From Candidatus Aenigmatarchaeota archaeon (GTDB taxonomy: Archaea; Aenigmatarchaeota; Aenigmatarchaeia; QMZP01), in contig JACQII010000016.1 of the NCBI GenBank assembly GCA_016198585.1, positions 88,932 to 152,931 of the forward strand: 64,000 nt of DNA, written 5' to 3'. Of the stretch, positions 26,917 through 35,056 are shown piece by piece. The translations under genes were made by a program, and so were the position numbers. The number at the start of each line of letters is the position of its first letter. Positions within the stretch are counted from its first letter, which is position 1. The notes under the pieces were generated by a model, which was not told where the DNA came from, searched no databases, and saw only the letters and a program-made list of their open reading frames with translations.

Positions 26917-28179
26917 ATGGTCGTAAGTAGTAATAAGCACCTCTGGACTTTACCTATCTTGTTCTTCTTTCTAGTAATACCAACCGCACAAGGAAGTTGG
27001 GTTGGTGTTCATCCTTCTGGGAATTTTAGTGTCGATTTTCCGTTCTGGGAAGCGGTCAGAATAGTACAGTGGAAGGATGAAAGCACTCTAGACAGGACCA
27101 ATTATCAAGATTTGTTGGTTGCTGCAGAATTCGAACTACAAATTAATAGGAACTTATCAGGAGGGAAGGTAAACATAACATATTACACGTTGGAGGCTTC
27201 AAGGAATAATGACGCTACTAATTTTATATCCAAGGTCTGCAGCGACAGATATTGCAATCATACCATTTTTTCTGGGAGTTCAGTATCGATAGGCAGCAAT
27301 ATCTTTACATTTACTCTGCCTATACCTGAGCTGGAATCAGACACCGTTTTTAATGTTTTCATTGAGTACAGAATTCCTAATTTTATCGAGAAGAAAGGAA
27401 TATACTATGTAGCAAAGTTTAACGCCGTGTGCCAGACTATCGATTTCTGCCCACCTGAGCATACGATGATGCGAACATTCATAATACCATACGAAGATAC
27501 AATCATAGAGAAATTGATACCCGAGAGTATCGAGTCGGCTACCTTTCATGAGAAAGATGAGCAGTACCTGACATTTTCAGAAAGTTATAAAGAGATATGG
27601 TTTTCAAGAATCTCAGAAACCAATTTTTGGTTGCCTTTCCTTTGGCAGTTCTTGGGGGCAGTATTGGGCGCCTTTCTAGCTATTTTGGCAGCCGAAAGTT
27701 GGAAATTCGTTAGAAGAAGAGGATCAAAGATACCGCAGGAGAAAGTCGCAAGAAAGAGTACAGATATGAGAAATCCGAGGGTTAGTAGAAACGACGATAA
27801 ACGTTTTTTGATAAAAGTATATCAGAATAATAGAGATTATCACGCAACGATGGCAACTCAAGGTCTTACAATACTACTTACACTTGCAACATTAATTGTT
27901 GCCATTCTTACTCTCATCAATGTTGCTTATTCATCTGTCGTTAGCCCATGGCTAAGCACATGGTTCCCTATCATGAATCTTGTCATCGTTGCTGCCATTA
28001 TAATAACTTGGATATATGTCTACAAGGTCAGAATTTCGCCTGATAAACGGAGTGCATCGAACTTTCATCTACAGTATAAAATATTTTTATCAGAACTCTA
28101 CCCTCGTCTTTTTCAGCTGTCAGAGAATGACAACAAAAGGATATATGACAGGGAGTTGCGAAAAAAACCAAACTTCTAA
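26917..28179 (+). CDS. Low-GC (~38-40% GC) membrane/secreted hypothetical protein (420 aa)
   Basis: A signal peptide TLPILFFFLVIPTAQG is present with internal TM helices and many N-x-S/T sequons. The composition contrasts strongly with the ~63% GC background. The gene ends 62 nt from the tRNA-Gly 3' end. Confidence 0.5.
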   Translation: MVVSSNKHLWTLPILFFFLVIPTAQGSWVGVHPSGNFSVDFPFWEAVRIVQWKDESTLDRTNYQDLLVAAEFELQINRNLSGGKVNITYYTLEASRNNDATNFISKVCSDRYCNHTIFSGSSVSIGSNIFTFTLPIPELESDTVFNVFIEYRIPNFIEKKGIYYVAKFNAVCQTIDFCPPEHTMMRTFIIPYEDTIIEKLIPESIESATFHEKDEQYLTFSESYKEIWFSRISETNFWLPFLWQFLGAVLGAFLAILAAESWKFVRRRGSKIPQEKVARKSTDMRNPRVSRNDDKRFLIKVYQNNRDYHATMATQGLTILLTLATLIVAILTLINVAYSSVVSPWLSTWFPIMNLVIVAAIIITWIYVYKVRISPDKRSASNFHLQYKIFLSELYPRLFQLSENDNKRIYDRELRKKPNF

Positions 28180-28240
28180 TCCGATCATTCAAGCCGAGGA
28201 TCAATTGTTGAACTTGTCTTGATGTGGTGGTTCGAATGGA

Positions 28241-28354
28241 TGCGTCGGGCGAGAGTCGAACTCGCGTTACAGCCTATTTGCCCGGCGTTTCTGGGTGCAG
28301 CCTCTTTTGAAGAGGTGCTGGCAAGGCCGCGTACTACCACTATACTACCGACGC
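28241..28354 (-). tRNA. tRNA-Gly(GCC) with a 43-nt intron after position 37
   Basis: The acceptor stem is GCGTCGG/CCGACGC. The D-arm is GTAT-AGTGGTA-GTAC. The anticodon stem CGGCC/GGCTG has the loop TTGCCA with anticodon GCC. The T-arm is GCGAG-TTCGACT-CTCGC. The discriminator is A, and CCA is not encoded. The 43-nt insertion 3' of the anticodon matches the canonical archaeal intron position. Confidence 0.7.
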
Positions 28355-28362
28355 GTCGCGGG

Positions 28363-28482
28363 TTATTTCCCGCTGAGCTTTTTAACGTTGATCCCACGGC
28401 ACTGCGGGCACAGCCTCGTTGCGGGCTCCATGAAGAGCGGCTTCCCCTGCCAGCCGCAGCTCGTGCATTCGTAGCGGGCCAT
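28363..28482 (-). CDS. Small zinc-ribbon protein (39 aa; CxxC...CxxC), possibly RpoP-like
   Basis: MARYECTSCGWQGKPLFMEPATRLCPQCRGINVKKLSGK. A TATA 'CCTTTAAAAGG' lies about 28 nt upstream. The gene ends 8 nt before the tRNA-Gly 5' end. Confidence 0.4.
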   Translation of the reverse strand: MARYECTSCGWQGKPLFMEPATRLCPQCRGINVKKLSGK

Positions 28483-28527
28483 GGATGGTCTTTGGCGCCG
28501 GCCTTTAAAAGGGTTACCGCTCGCGAT

Positions 28528-29847
28528 CTAGCCGGTCATCCCGAACTGGCGCGCGATGTTGGCGAGCGGCCCGCGCTTCAGGCCCTTCCCGCCCTTCGCG
28601 AGCTTGACGACCTGCTTCGCCTGCTTGTAGTACTTCAGCAGCTCGCGCACGTCGGCCTCGCTCGTCCCCGATCCCTTCGCGATCCGCACTATCCGCGAGG
28701 CCTTGATGAGGTCAGGGTCAGCGCGTTCGGCCGGGGTCATGGACTGGATGGTGAACTTCCACTTCTTCATCTTCCCTTCCTGGACGTCGAGCATGCCCTT
28801 CGGGATCTTCGCCTTGCTCAGTCCCGGGATCATGTCCACCATCTTCGACAGCGATCCCATCCCTTGCATGGACTGGAGCTGGTCAAAGAAGTCGTCCAGG
28901 GTGAACGACCCCTCCAGCAGGCGCTTGCCCACCTTGTCCGCGCCGGCCTCTTTCGCTTTCTCCAGCAGGCCTTGGAGGTCGCCGTAGCCGATCAGCCGGG
29001 AGACGAACCGCTGCGGGTCGTAGGCCTCCAGGTCCTCGGGGCGCTCGCCGACCCCGATGAACTTGACCTTGGCGCCGGTCGCGTTCGTCGCGGCCAGCGC
29101 GCCGCCGCCCTTGGCGGTTCCGTCGAGTTTGGTAATGACGACGCCGGTGATCCCCACGAGGCGGTTGAACTCCTCCGCCTGCTTGCGGGCCGCCTGGCCG
29201 ATGTCCGCGGGCAGCACGAGCAAAACCTCGTCCGGCTTGATCTCCTGGCCGAGGGTCTTGAGTTCCTTGGCGAGATCAGCATCGAGCGCGTCGCGGCCCG
29301 CCGAGTCGAAGATCAGCACGTCCTCCTTCATGGCGAGTCCTGTCTTCGCCACGGCCACGGCGTCGGTCCCCTCGGCCACGACCCGGGCCTCGACTTTCTT
29401 CCCGACCTGGCGCAGCTGCTCCTGCGCAGCCGGTCGGTGGACGTCGCAGCCTACCAGCCCGACCGACAGGCCGCGGGTCTTGAACCACTTGGCGAGCTTC
29501 CCCGAGAGCGTCGTCTTCCCGGACCCGAAGAGGCCGACCAGGAGGATGCGCTGCTTCCGCAGCTGGACCTCCCCGCGCTCCGCTCCCAGGAAGGCTACCA
29601 GCTCGTCGTACAGGACCTTCAGGAAATGCTCCTTGAGCGTCATCCCCGCCGGCGGCGGGCTGCCGAGGACCTGCTTCCTGATCCGGCTGGACAGGTCAGC
29701 CACTAGGGCGACGTCCGCGTCAGCCTGGAGGAGGCTCCGCTGGAGGTCGCGGACGACCGCGTCGACCGCCTCCTTGTCCACCACGCCGAGGCCGGCAATC
29801 CGGCGAAGGGCGTCTTTCAGGCCAGAGCCCAGGTTCTCGAGGACCAT
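28528..29847 (-). CDS. srp54: Signal recognition particle protein SRP54
   Basis: An N domain, an SRP GTPase domain (GLFGSGKTT, DTAGR-like, TKLDG) and an M domain are present over 439 aa. Confidence 0.9.
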   Translation of the reverse strand: MVLENLGSGLKDALRRIAGLGVVDKEAVDAVVRDLQRSLLQADADVALVADLSSRIRKQVLGSPPPAGMTLKEHFLKVLYDELVAFLGAERGEVQLRKQRILLVGLFGSGKTTLSGKLAKWFKTRGLSVGLVGCDVHRPAAQEQLRQVGKKVEARVVAEGTDAVAVAKTGLAMKEDVLIFDSAGRDALDADLAKELKTLGQEIKPDEVLLVLPADIGQAARKQAEEFNRLVGITGVVITKLDGTAKGGGALAATNATGAKVKFIGVGERPEDLEAYDPQRFVSRLIGYGDLQGLLEKAKEAGADKVGKRLLEGSFTLDDFFDQLQSMQGMGSLSKMVDMIPGLSKAKIPKGMLDVQEGKMKKWKFTIQSMTPAERADPDLIKASRIVRIAKGSGTSEADVRELLKYYKQAKQVVKLAKGGKGLKRGPLANIARQFGMTG

Positions 29848-29941
29848 ACCTACACTTTCCCTCCCCTCTTAAGAAGGCTTCCGGGCCCCCTAGAGGCCGA
29901 TCACCGCCTTGGCGATCCTTATTAAAGCTTCCTCCTCATCA

Positions 29942-30937
29942 ATGAATGAAACAATGGCAAACACCGCACTCATCATCGGCATTGTTGTGGTCATGGTGAT
30001 CGTCGCAGCGGTCGCCATGTACACCGGCATCCTCTCCCCGGCGGGAGAATCCTACGCAGCGGCAATCAAGAAGAACACGACCCACCTCGAGTGCGTGAGC
30101 AACACGTGCACGAAAGTCAGCGGCGCGGGGACGAACAAGTGCTCGCCCCTCGGCTCGGCGTGCGGCAATCAGACACACCTGGAGTGCATCAGCAACACGT
30201 GCACCGCTGTCAGCGGCCCGGGAACCAACCAGTGCTCGCCTGCTGGAGCGGCATGCGGCAAACCCGATCTTACCATTCCCGACGTTATCTATTTCGTGAA
30301 GGACTTCGATGGAAAGAATGCTACCATCCTATTATCTGCAACCGTCAAAAACATCGGTGACGCACAGACGGGAACGCCATGGACCATCGCCACGTTTGCT
30401 CTGTCGGCTGGAGGGTCAACGAAATTGTACAACGGAACGGCCTTTGGCAGCCTTCTTCCTGGCATGAATACCAGCGCGTCGGTGATCGCTACGATTGCTG
30501 CCAGCACGACATATATTGTGATTGTTACGGCGGATAGCGCCAATGCCATCGCAGAGTCCAACGAGTCAAACAATCAGAAATCGATCATGTTTATCATAAA
30601 TAATTCCACGCTCCCCGACTTGACCGTTACGAACCTTATCTACAATGCGACTCCGTCGAATTCGACATCAAACGCAGCGCTTTCAGCGACAGTCAAGAAC
30701 ATCGGGCAAGCAGGAGCGTGGTCGTCAGGTTATGAAAACATGAAATTCCTTGTATCTCCAAACAATCTCTACTTCACCTCTACCCCTATCATTCCTGCGG
30801 GAGGGGAATTCACAATCAATGCGTACTATAATCTCACTCCAGGAGTGTACAACGCCACCGCTACTGTCGACTACCAGAAAAAGGTGAATGAAACAAACGA
30901 CGCTAACAACGAGCTTACGGTTACTTTCGTCGTCTAG
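29942..30937 (+). CDS. Membrane-anchored surface protein with duplicated Cys motifs and two CARDB-like domains
   Basis: An N-terminal TM MANTALIIGIVVVMVIVAAVAMY is present. Repeats HLECVSNTCTKVSGAGTNKCSPLGSACG and HLECISNTCTAVSGPGTNQCSPAGAACG occur. 'TVKNIG' is present twice, ending in SNESNN/TNDANNEL. There are many N-x-S/T sequons. TATA 'CCTTATTAAAGC' lies about 20 nt upstream of ATG 29942. Confidence 0.55.
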   Translation: MNETMANTALIIGIVVVMVIVAAVAMYTGILSPAGESYAAAIKKNTTHLECVSNTCTKVSGAGTNKCSPLGSACGNQTHLECISNTCTAVSGPGTNQCSPAGAACGKPDLTIPDVIYFVKDFDGKNATILLSATVKNIGDAQTGTPWTIATFALSAGGSTKLYNGTAFGSLLPGMNTSASVIATIAASTTYIVIVTADSANAIAESNESNNQKSIMFIINNSTLPDLTVTNLIYNATPSNSTSNAALSATVKNIGQAGAWSSGYENMKFLVSPNNLYFTSTPIIPAGGEFTINAYYNLTPGVYNATATVDYQKKVNETNDANNELTVTFVV

Positions 30938-30974
30938 CTCTTTGACTCATGGCGCGTTCGACGACAATATTCTT

Positions 30975-31730
30975 CTATTCCTGCAGCGTGAACGCGCCTT
31001 CGCCACCGGCCTTCTCGATGGCCTTGACCAGTGAAGCTGCTTCTTCCTCGATCGCGGCCCGGAGCTTCTTGACGTCGTTGCCCGTCGCCACGAGACGGTA
31101 GGTCGGGGCTGAGATGTACGAGACCTGGAAGCCGCGCTTCTCCACGCCGGCGAGCAGGGACTTGATGACCGCGATCCCGTCGGGCTGGTAGCACCGCAGT
31201 TCCAGGTCGCCCTTCAGGACATAGGTCTTCCCGCCAAAGCGCTTCTGGACGACCTCGGTGATCGCCTTCGCCCAGGCCGGGGGGACGCCCTTCGTCTTCA
31301 GGAGGTCGGGATTCTTGACCGCCAGGTCGAAGGCCTTGGTGAGCGACCCGAACTCCTCCTGTAACAGGAAGCCGACCTCCTGGTAGGCCTGCTCGAGGGA
31401 CTTCTTCATCGTCTTGGCGATTTGCTCGAGGATGTTCTCGGCCTTGCGCTCCCGCTTGAACTCGTTCATGGCCTTGCTGGTGTCCTCGTGGCGGACCCGC
31501 TTCATGGAGACCGAGATCGTCTCGCCCTCGACCCGGACGACCCTGCACACGACGTACTGGTTCTCCTTGAGGAACTCACGGATGTCGCGGACCCAGCGCG
31601 ACGCCACTTCAGAGACGTGCATCATCCCCGGCCGGTTGTACTCCAGCAGCTGGACCGTGGCCGAGTTGGGGAAGAGCTTGATGACTCTGCACACGACCAG
31701 CTCGTCCCGTTCCGGAAGACCGCGTTTCAT
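30975..31730 (-). CDS. eif2a: Translation initiation factor aIF2 alpha subunit
   Basis: An S1 domain (CRVIKLFPNSATVQLLEYN...MHVSEV) is present in a 251-aa protein. It sits in the conserved L44e-S27e-eIF2alpha operon. Confidence 0.85.
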   Translation of the reverse strand: MKRGLPERDELVVCRVIKLFPNSATVQLLEYNRPGMMHVSEVASRWVRDIREFLKENQYVVCRVVRVEGETISVSMKRVRHEDTSKAMNEFKRERKAENILEQIAKTMKKSLEQAYQEVGFLLQEEFGSLTKAFDLAVKNPDLLKTKGVPPAWAKAITEVVQKRFGGKTYVLKGDLELRCYQPDGIAVIKSLLAGVEKRGFQVSYISAPTYRLVATGNDVKKLRAAIEEEAASLVKAIEKAGGEGAFTLQE

Positions 31731-31732
31731 AG

Positions 31733-31900
31733 CTATTTCGCCGTGCCGATGACCTTGCCCTTGGCCTCACCTTTGCCGCCGCGCGGCACCATGAGGACCT
31801 CGTGGCAGACCAGGCAGGTGACGGCCTGGGCAGGCTTCTCGAAGACGGTCTGTTCGTTCTTGCACTTCTCGCACTTCACGGTCACGAATTTTCCTGGCAT
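31733..31900 (-). CDS. rps27e: 30S ribosomal protein S27e
   Basis: This gene was missed by the ORF track because it is under 60 aa. My translation is MPGKFVTVKCEKCKNEQTVFEKPAQAVTCLVCHEVLMVPRGGKGEAKGKVIGTAK. It is a C4 zinc finger with the typical S27e pattern. Confidence 0.85.
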   Translation of the reverse strand: MPGKFVTVKCEKCKNEQTVFEKPAQAVTCLVCHEVLMVPRGGKGEAKGKVIGTAK

Positions 31901-31904
31901 AGCA

Positions 31905-32201
31905 TCACGTCTTGAACCTCTTGAGCTCTTTCGGAGTGCGCGCCGGCGCGGACAGGGCCGCCTCGGCCATCTGCGTCAGCTGCACGGCCATCGTCCGCTC
32001 GGTGACGTACTTCCCGCTCTCGTCGTTCATCCACGAGCCATTCCCGTTGTAGCGGAACTGGACTTCTCTCGGCGGATTGGTATCGAGGGGGTAGCGGATC
32101 ACATGACCGAGGGGAATCTGGGAAGAGGCCGCCTCGCGGAAGCCGTAGACACGGGAGGCGACATCGTGGAACTTCATGCCTTCATCGTCACTCCTGGGCA
32201 T
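31905..32201 (-). CDS. Hypothetical protein inserted between rpl44e and rps27e
   Basis: 98 aa: MPRSDDEGMKFHDVASRVYGFREAASSQIPLGHVIRYPLDTNPPREVQFRYNGNGSWMNDESGKYVTERTMAVQL... It is tightly packed, with 4-5 nt gaps on both sides. It is coding-like, and no family is recognised. Confidence 0.45.
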   Translation of the reverse strand: MPRSDDEGMKFHDVASRVYGFREAASSQIPLGHVIRYPLDTNPPREVQFRYNGNGSWMNDESGKYVTERTMAVQLTQMAEAALSAPARTPKELKRFKT

Positions 32202-32205
32202 CCGC

Positions 32206-32499
32206 TCACCCCGCCACCAGTTCGAACTTCTTCACGCGGAACCCGACCTTGGTGTGCATCTTCTTGCACACCTTGCACTGCAGGCGCAGGTCGAGCTTCT
32301 GGGTGGGCTTCTTGCTCACCGCAGGCTTGGAATACTTCCCATGGCCGCCGTGGCCCCGCTTGTGGCGGTCCTTGGCCCGGTTGGCCTTCGAGTTCGGGTG
32401 GGCCGACCCGCGGGACCGCTGCTTCACGACCTTGACCGTGTGCACGGTATGCTTGCGGCAGGTCGGACACAGGGTGTTGATGGTTTTCGGAAACTTCAT
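32206..32499 (-). CDS. rpl44e: 50S ribosomal protein L44e
   Basis: MKFPKTINTLCPTCRKHTVHTVKVVKQRSRG...CKVCKKMHTK. The internal ATG is at 32497-32499. Confidence 0.85.
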   Translation of the reverse strand: MKFPKTINTLCPTCRKHTVHTVKVVKQRSRGSAHPNSKANRAKDRHKRGHGGHGKYSKPAVSKKPTQKLDLRLQCKVCKKMHTKVGFRVKKFELVAG

Positions 32500-32641
32500 A
32501 CGCCCACTATGAGCATGAGGCTTTTTAAAGCATCGCAAGCCTGCAGGCGGCTCATGCGGAAGACGGCGGCAAAGAGGAAAAGCGGCCGCCTCACGCCAGC
32601 AACCTTTATAAGGAACCGGGCCAATAAGATGCAGATATCTC

Positions 32642-33154
32642 ATGAAGGCTGCGCATGTCGTCATCGGCATCGTGATGTTCATCCTTTTCTGGGCTTACCA
32701 AGCAGGCTACGCAGCCTCGCTGGGACCGGCTGCATGGTTCGTGGCCGCACTGGTGTTTTCAGTCCTGCTCATGGCCATGGGGAAAACCTCCATGGAGAAG
32801 CCCCAGCCCGACATCAAGTCAGCCTGGCAGTTCTCCATTGCCTTCGTCCTGATCTCTACGCTGATCATCTCCTTCGCTGGTCAGTCCCTCGGGGCGGTCG
32901 TGCCTGCGGATCCCTCCGCATGGACACCGATGCTCCTGAGCTTCTGGCTCGTCGTCTTCGGCGGCGCCATGCTCGTGACCGGTTGGAAAATCGACTCGCC
33001 GCTCACCACCCTGGTGGGCATCATCTGGCTCTTCTCGGCGCTGCACTTCGTCACTGCGGTCGGCACCGGAGCGAACTCGTACCTGCACTTCGGCCTGGTG
33101 ACCGGCCTGACCACCATCCTCGCCGGCCTGTTCGGAAAAGCCCCGAAGGCGTAA
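32642..33154 (+). CDS. Hypothetical membrane protein (4-5 TM)
   Basis: The hydrophobic helices include VVIGIVMFILFWAY, WFVAALVFSVLLMAM, AFVLISTLIISFAG and LLSFWLVVFGGAMLV. Confidence 0.5.
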   Translation: MKAAHVVIGIVMFILFWAYQAGYAASLGPAAWFVAALVFSVLLMAMGKTSMEKPQPDIKSAWQFSIAFVLISTLIISFAGQSLGAVVPADPSAWTPMLLSFWLVVFGGAMLVTGWKIDSPLTTLVGIIWLFSALHFVTAVGTGANSYLHFGLVTGLTTILAGLFGKAPKA

Positions 33155-33203
33155 CTCGTTCTTGTCCATCCACAGGTAGGTAAGGGGAGCCGCTGTCTCC
33201 GGT

Positions 33204-33998
33204 TTAGCGGCTTCCCGCAAGGGCGATCTTCCTGCCTCGCCGTTCCACTAACCCGTCCCGCTCCAGACCGACAAGCACCTGATCCAGCCGCGGGTCGGTG
33301 AGCGCGCGTTCAATGCTGGGGATGGTCTGCGGGCCGGCGAGGAGCAGCCGCAGCAGCCGCCCCCGCAATTGCCGGTCAGACCCTTCAAATCGGGATTGCC
33401 TGGTCAGCGGCCGGATCCCGGTCTGCCGCGCGGTCAGGACAGCCGCGCCGTAGTCCATGAGGGCGTTGTGCCAGTCCCGACTGCGCCCCCGTGGGAGGCA
33501 GCGCTCGGCAAGCGCAATCAGCTCATGGTCAGGGACGCTCTCGGGGAGGGCGAACTCGTGAATCAAGATCCGCCGGATATTCGTATCGACCGTGACGATG
33601 TCGGCATTTGCCGCGAATATCTGGACAGCCCGGAAAGTGTACGGCCCGATGCCCGGCAGCTTCTGCTCCCGGACCGACCGCAGCACGTCCCCTCCCCCGG
33701 CGGCGATGGCCTGGGCTGCTCGGTGGAGGAACACGGCGCGCCGGTTGTAGCCGAGGCCTGACCAGGTTGCCAGGACGTCGGCGAGCCTCGCCCTCGCTAG
33801 CGCCTGGACCGTCGGCCAGCGGCTGATCCACGCCCGGTAGTAGGGGATGACCCGGTCGGCCTGGGTCTGCTGGAGCATGACCTCAGAGACGAGGATCGCG
33901 TACGGATCGGTCGTCGCGCGCCAGGGCAGCAGCCGCCGGTGGCGCTCGTCATGCGCCAGCACCTTGCGCTGGAAGGCGCGGACGCGAGCCGGATCCAT
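33204..33998 (-). CDS. HhH-GPD DNA glycosylase (MutY/Nth-like N-terminus) lacking the Fe-S Cys4 motif, with a C-terminal wHTH-like tail
   Basis: LLPWRATTDPYAILVSEVMLQQTQADRVIPYY and the HhH LPGIGPYT are present. No C-x6-C-x2-C-x5-C motif is seen. The C-terminus is LRGRLLRLLLAGPQTIPSIERALTDPRLDQVLVGLERDGLV. Confidence 0.65.
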   Translation of the reverse strand: MDPARVRAFQRKVLAHDERHRRLLPWRATTDPYAILVSEVMLQQTQADRVIPYYRAWISRWPTVQALARARLADVLATWSGLGYNRRAVFLHRAAQAIAAGGGDVLRSVREQKLPGIGPYTFRAVQIFAANADIVTVDTNIRRILIHEFALPESVPDHELIALAERCLPRGRSRDWHNALMDYGAAVLTARQTGIRPLTRQSRFEGSDRQLRGRLLRLLLAGPQTIPSIERALTDPRLDQVLVGLERDGLVERRGRKIALAGSR

Positions 33999-34081
33999 GC
34001 CAGATGAAAGGAGACAGAACATAAAAGGCTGCTCCCTCATCCGCGCCGCAGGGATTTAACCCGCGAGACCCAATACAGGAT

Positions 34082-35056
34082 ATGCACACCATCGCCGTGC
34101 TGCCAGGCGACGGCATCGGCCCCGAGGTCACTGCCGCGGCAGTCCAGGTCCTGGCTGCGGCGCAGCGCGGTTTCACGCTCGAGTTAGTCTTCGCCGACGC
34201 GGGCGCGGGCGCAATCGAGAAGCACGGCACCAATCTCCCCGCCGCCACCCAACGCATCCTCAAGCGTGCTGATGCGTGTCTCAAAGGGCCCATGACGACG
34301 CTCGAAACCCCAGGTGCGCCGGTCTCCGCGGCCGTCCGGATCCGCAGGATGTTCGACCTCTATGCCAATGTCCGCCCGTGCCGGGGAAATGGGGTGGACC
34401 TGGTCATCGTGCGCGAGAACACCGAAGGCCTCTACGCCGGCCGCGAGCGACCAGTTCCGGGAGGCGCGGTCGCGGAGCGGCTCGTCACGTCGCGGGCGTC
34501 GCGCCGGATTGCCGCCCACGCCCTCGCCCTGGCCAACCGGCGGAGGAAGAAACTTACTTATGTCCACAAGGCAAATATCCTTCGGATGACTGACGGGGTC
34601 TTTGTCCGGGCTGTCCTGTCCCAGGCGAAGCGGTATCCGCGCGTTGCCGTGGAAGGGATGCATGTGGATGCGGCGGCGATGCAGCTGGTGAAAGCGCCGC
34701 ACCAATTCGACGTGCTCGTGACGACGAACCTCTTCGGGGATATTCTTTCTGACGAGGCCGCCCAGGTCGCTGGAGGGGTTGGACTCGCGCCTTCCGCGAA
34801 CATCGGCGACCGGTATGGGATGTTCGAGCCTGTCCATGGGTCTGCTCCCAAATATGCCGGGAAGGGGATCGCCAATCCCGTGGGCATGATCCGCGCGGCT
34901 GCGCTGATGCTCGACTTCCTTGGCGAGGCCCGCGCAGCGGCGCGCATCGAGCGGGCCGTCCAGGTCGCTCTCGCCAGCGGCAAGGCACGCACGCGCGACC
35001 TCGGAGGACGCGCGTCGACTCAACAGGCCGGCAAGGCCATCGCTGAGGTCCTATGA
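34082..35056 (+). CDS. Isocitrate/isopropylmalate/homoisocitrate dehydrogenase family protein (324 aa)
   Basis: VLPGDGIGPEV, NLFGDILSDEA and GSAPKYAGKGIANP are present. It is first in an operon with citrate synthase and overlaps it (ATGA). Confidence 0.75.
   Translation: MHTIAVLPGDGIGPEVTAAAVQVLAAAQRGFTLELVFADAGAGAIEKHGTNLPAATQRILKRADACLKGPMTTLETPGAPVSAAVRIRRMFDLYANVRPCRGNGVDLVIVRENTEGLYAGRERPVPGGAVAERLVTSRASRRIAAHALALANRRRKKLTYVHKANILRMTDGVFVRAVLSQAKRYPRVAVEGMHVDAAAMQLVKAPHQFDVLVTTNLFGDILSDEAAQVAGGVGLAPSANIGDRYGMFEPVHGSAPKYAGKGIANPVGMIRAAALMLDFLGEARAAARIERAVQVALASGKARTRDLGGRASTQQAGKAIAEVL

Noticed and set aside
26840-26920. Possible att-like direct repeat of the tRNA-Gly 3' end at the far side of the low-GC gene
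   Set aside because: Only a weak match is seen (TGGATG plus scattered identities, about 9/14). It is insufficient to call attL/attR, and no integrase is present.
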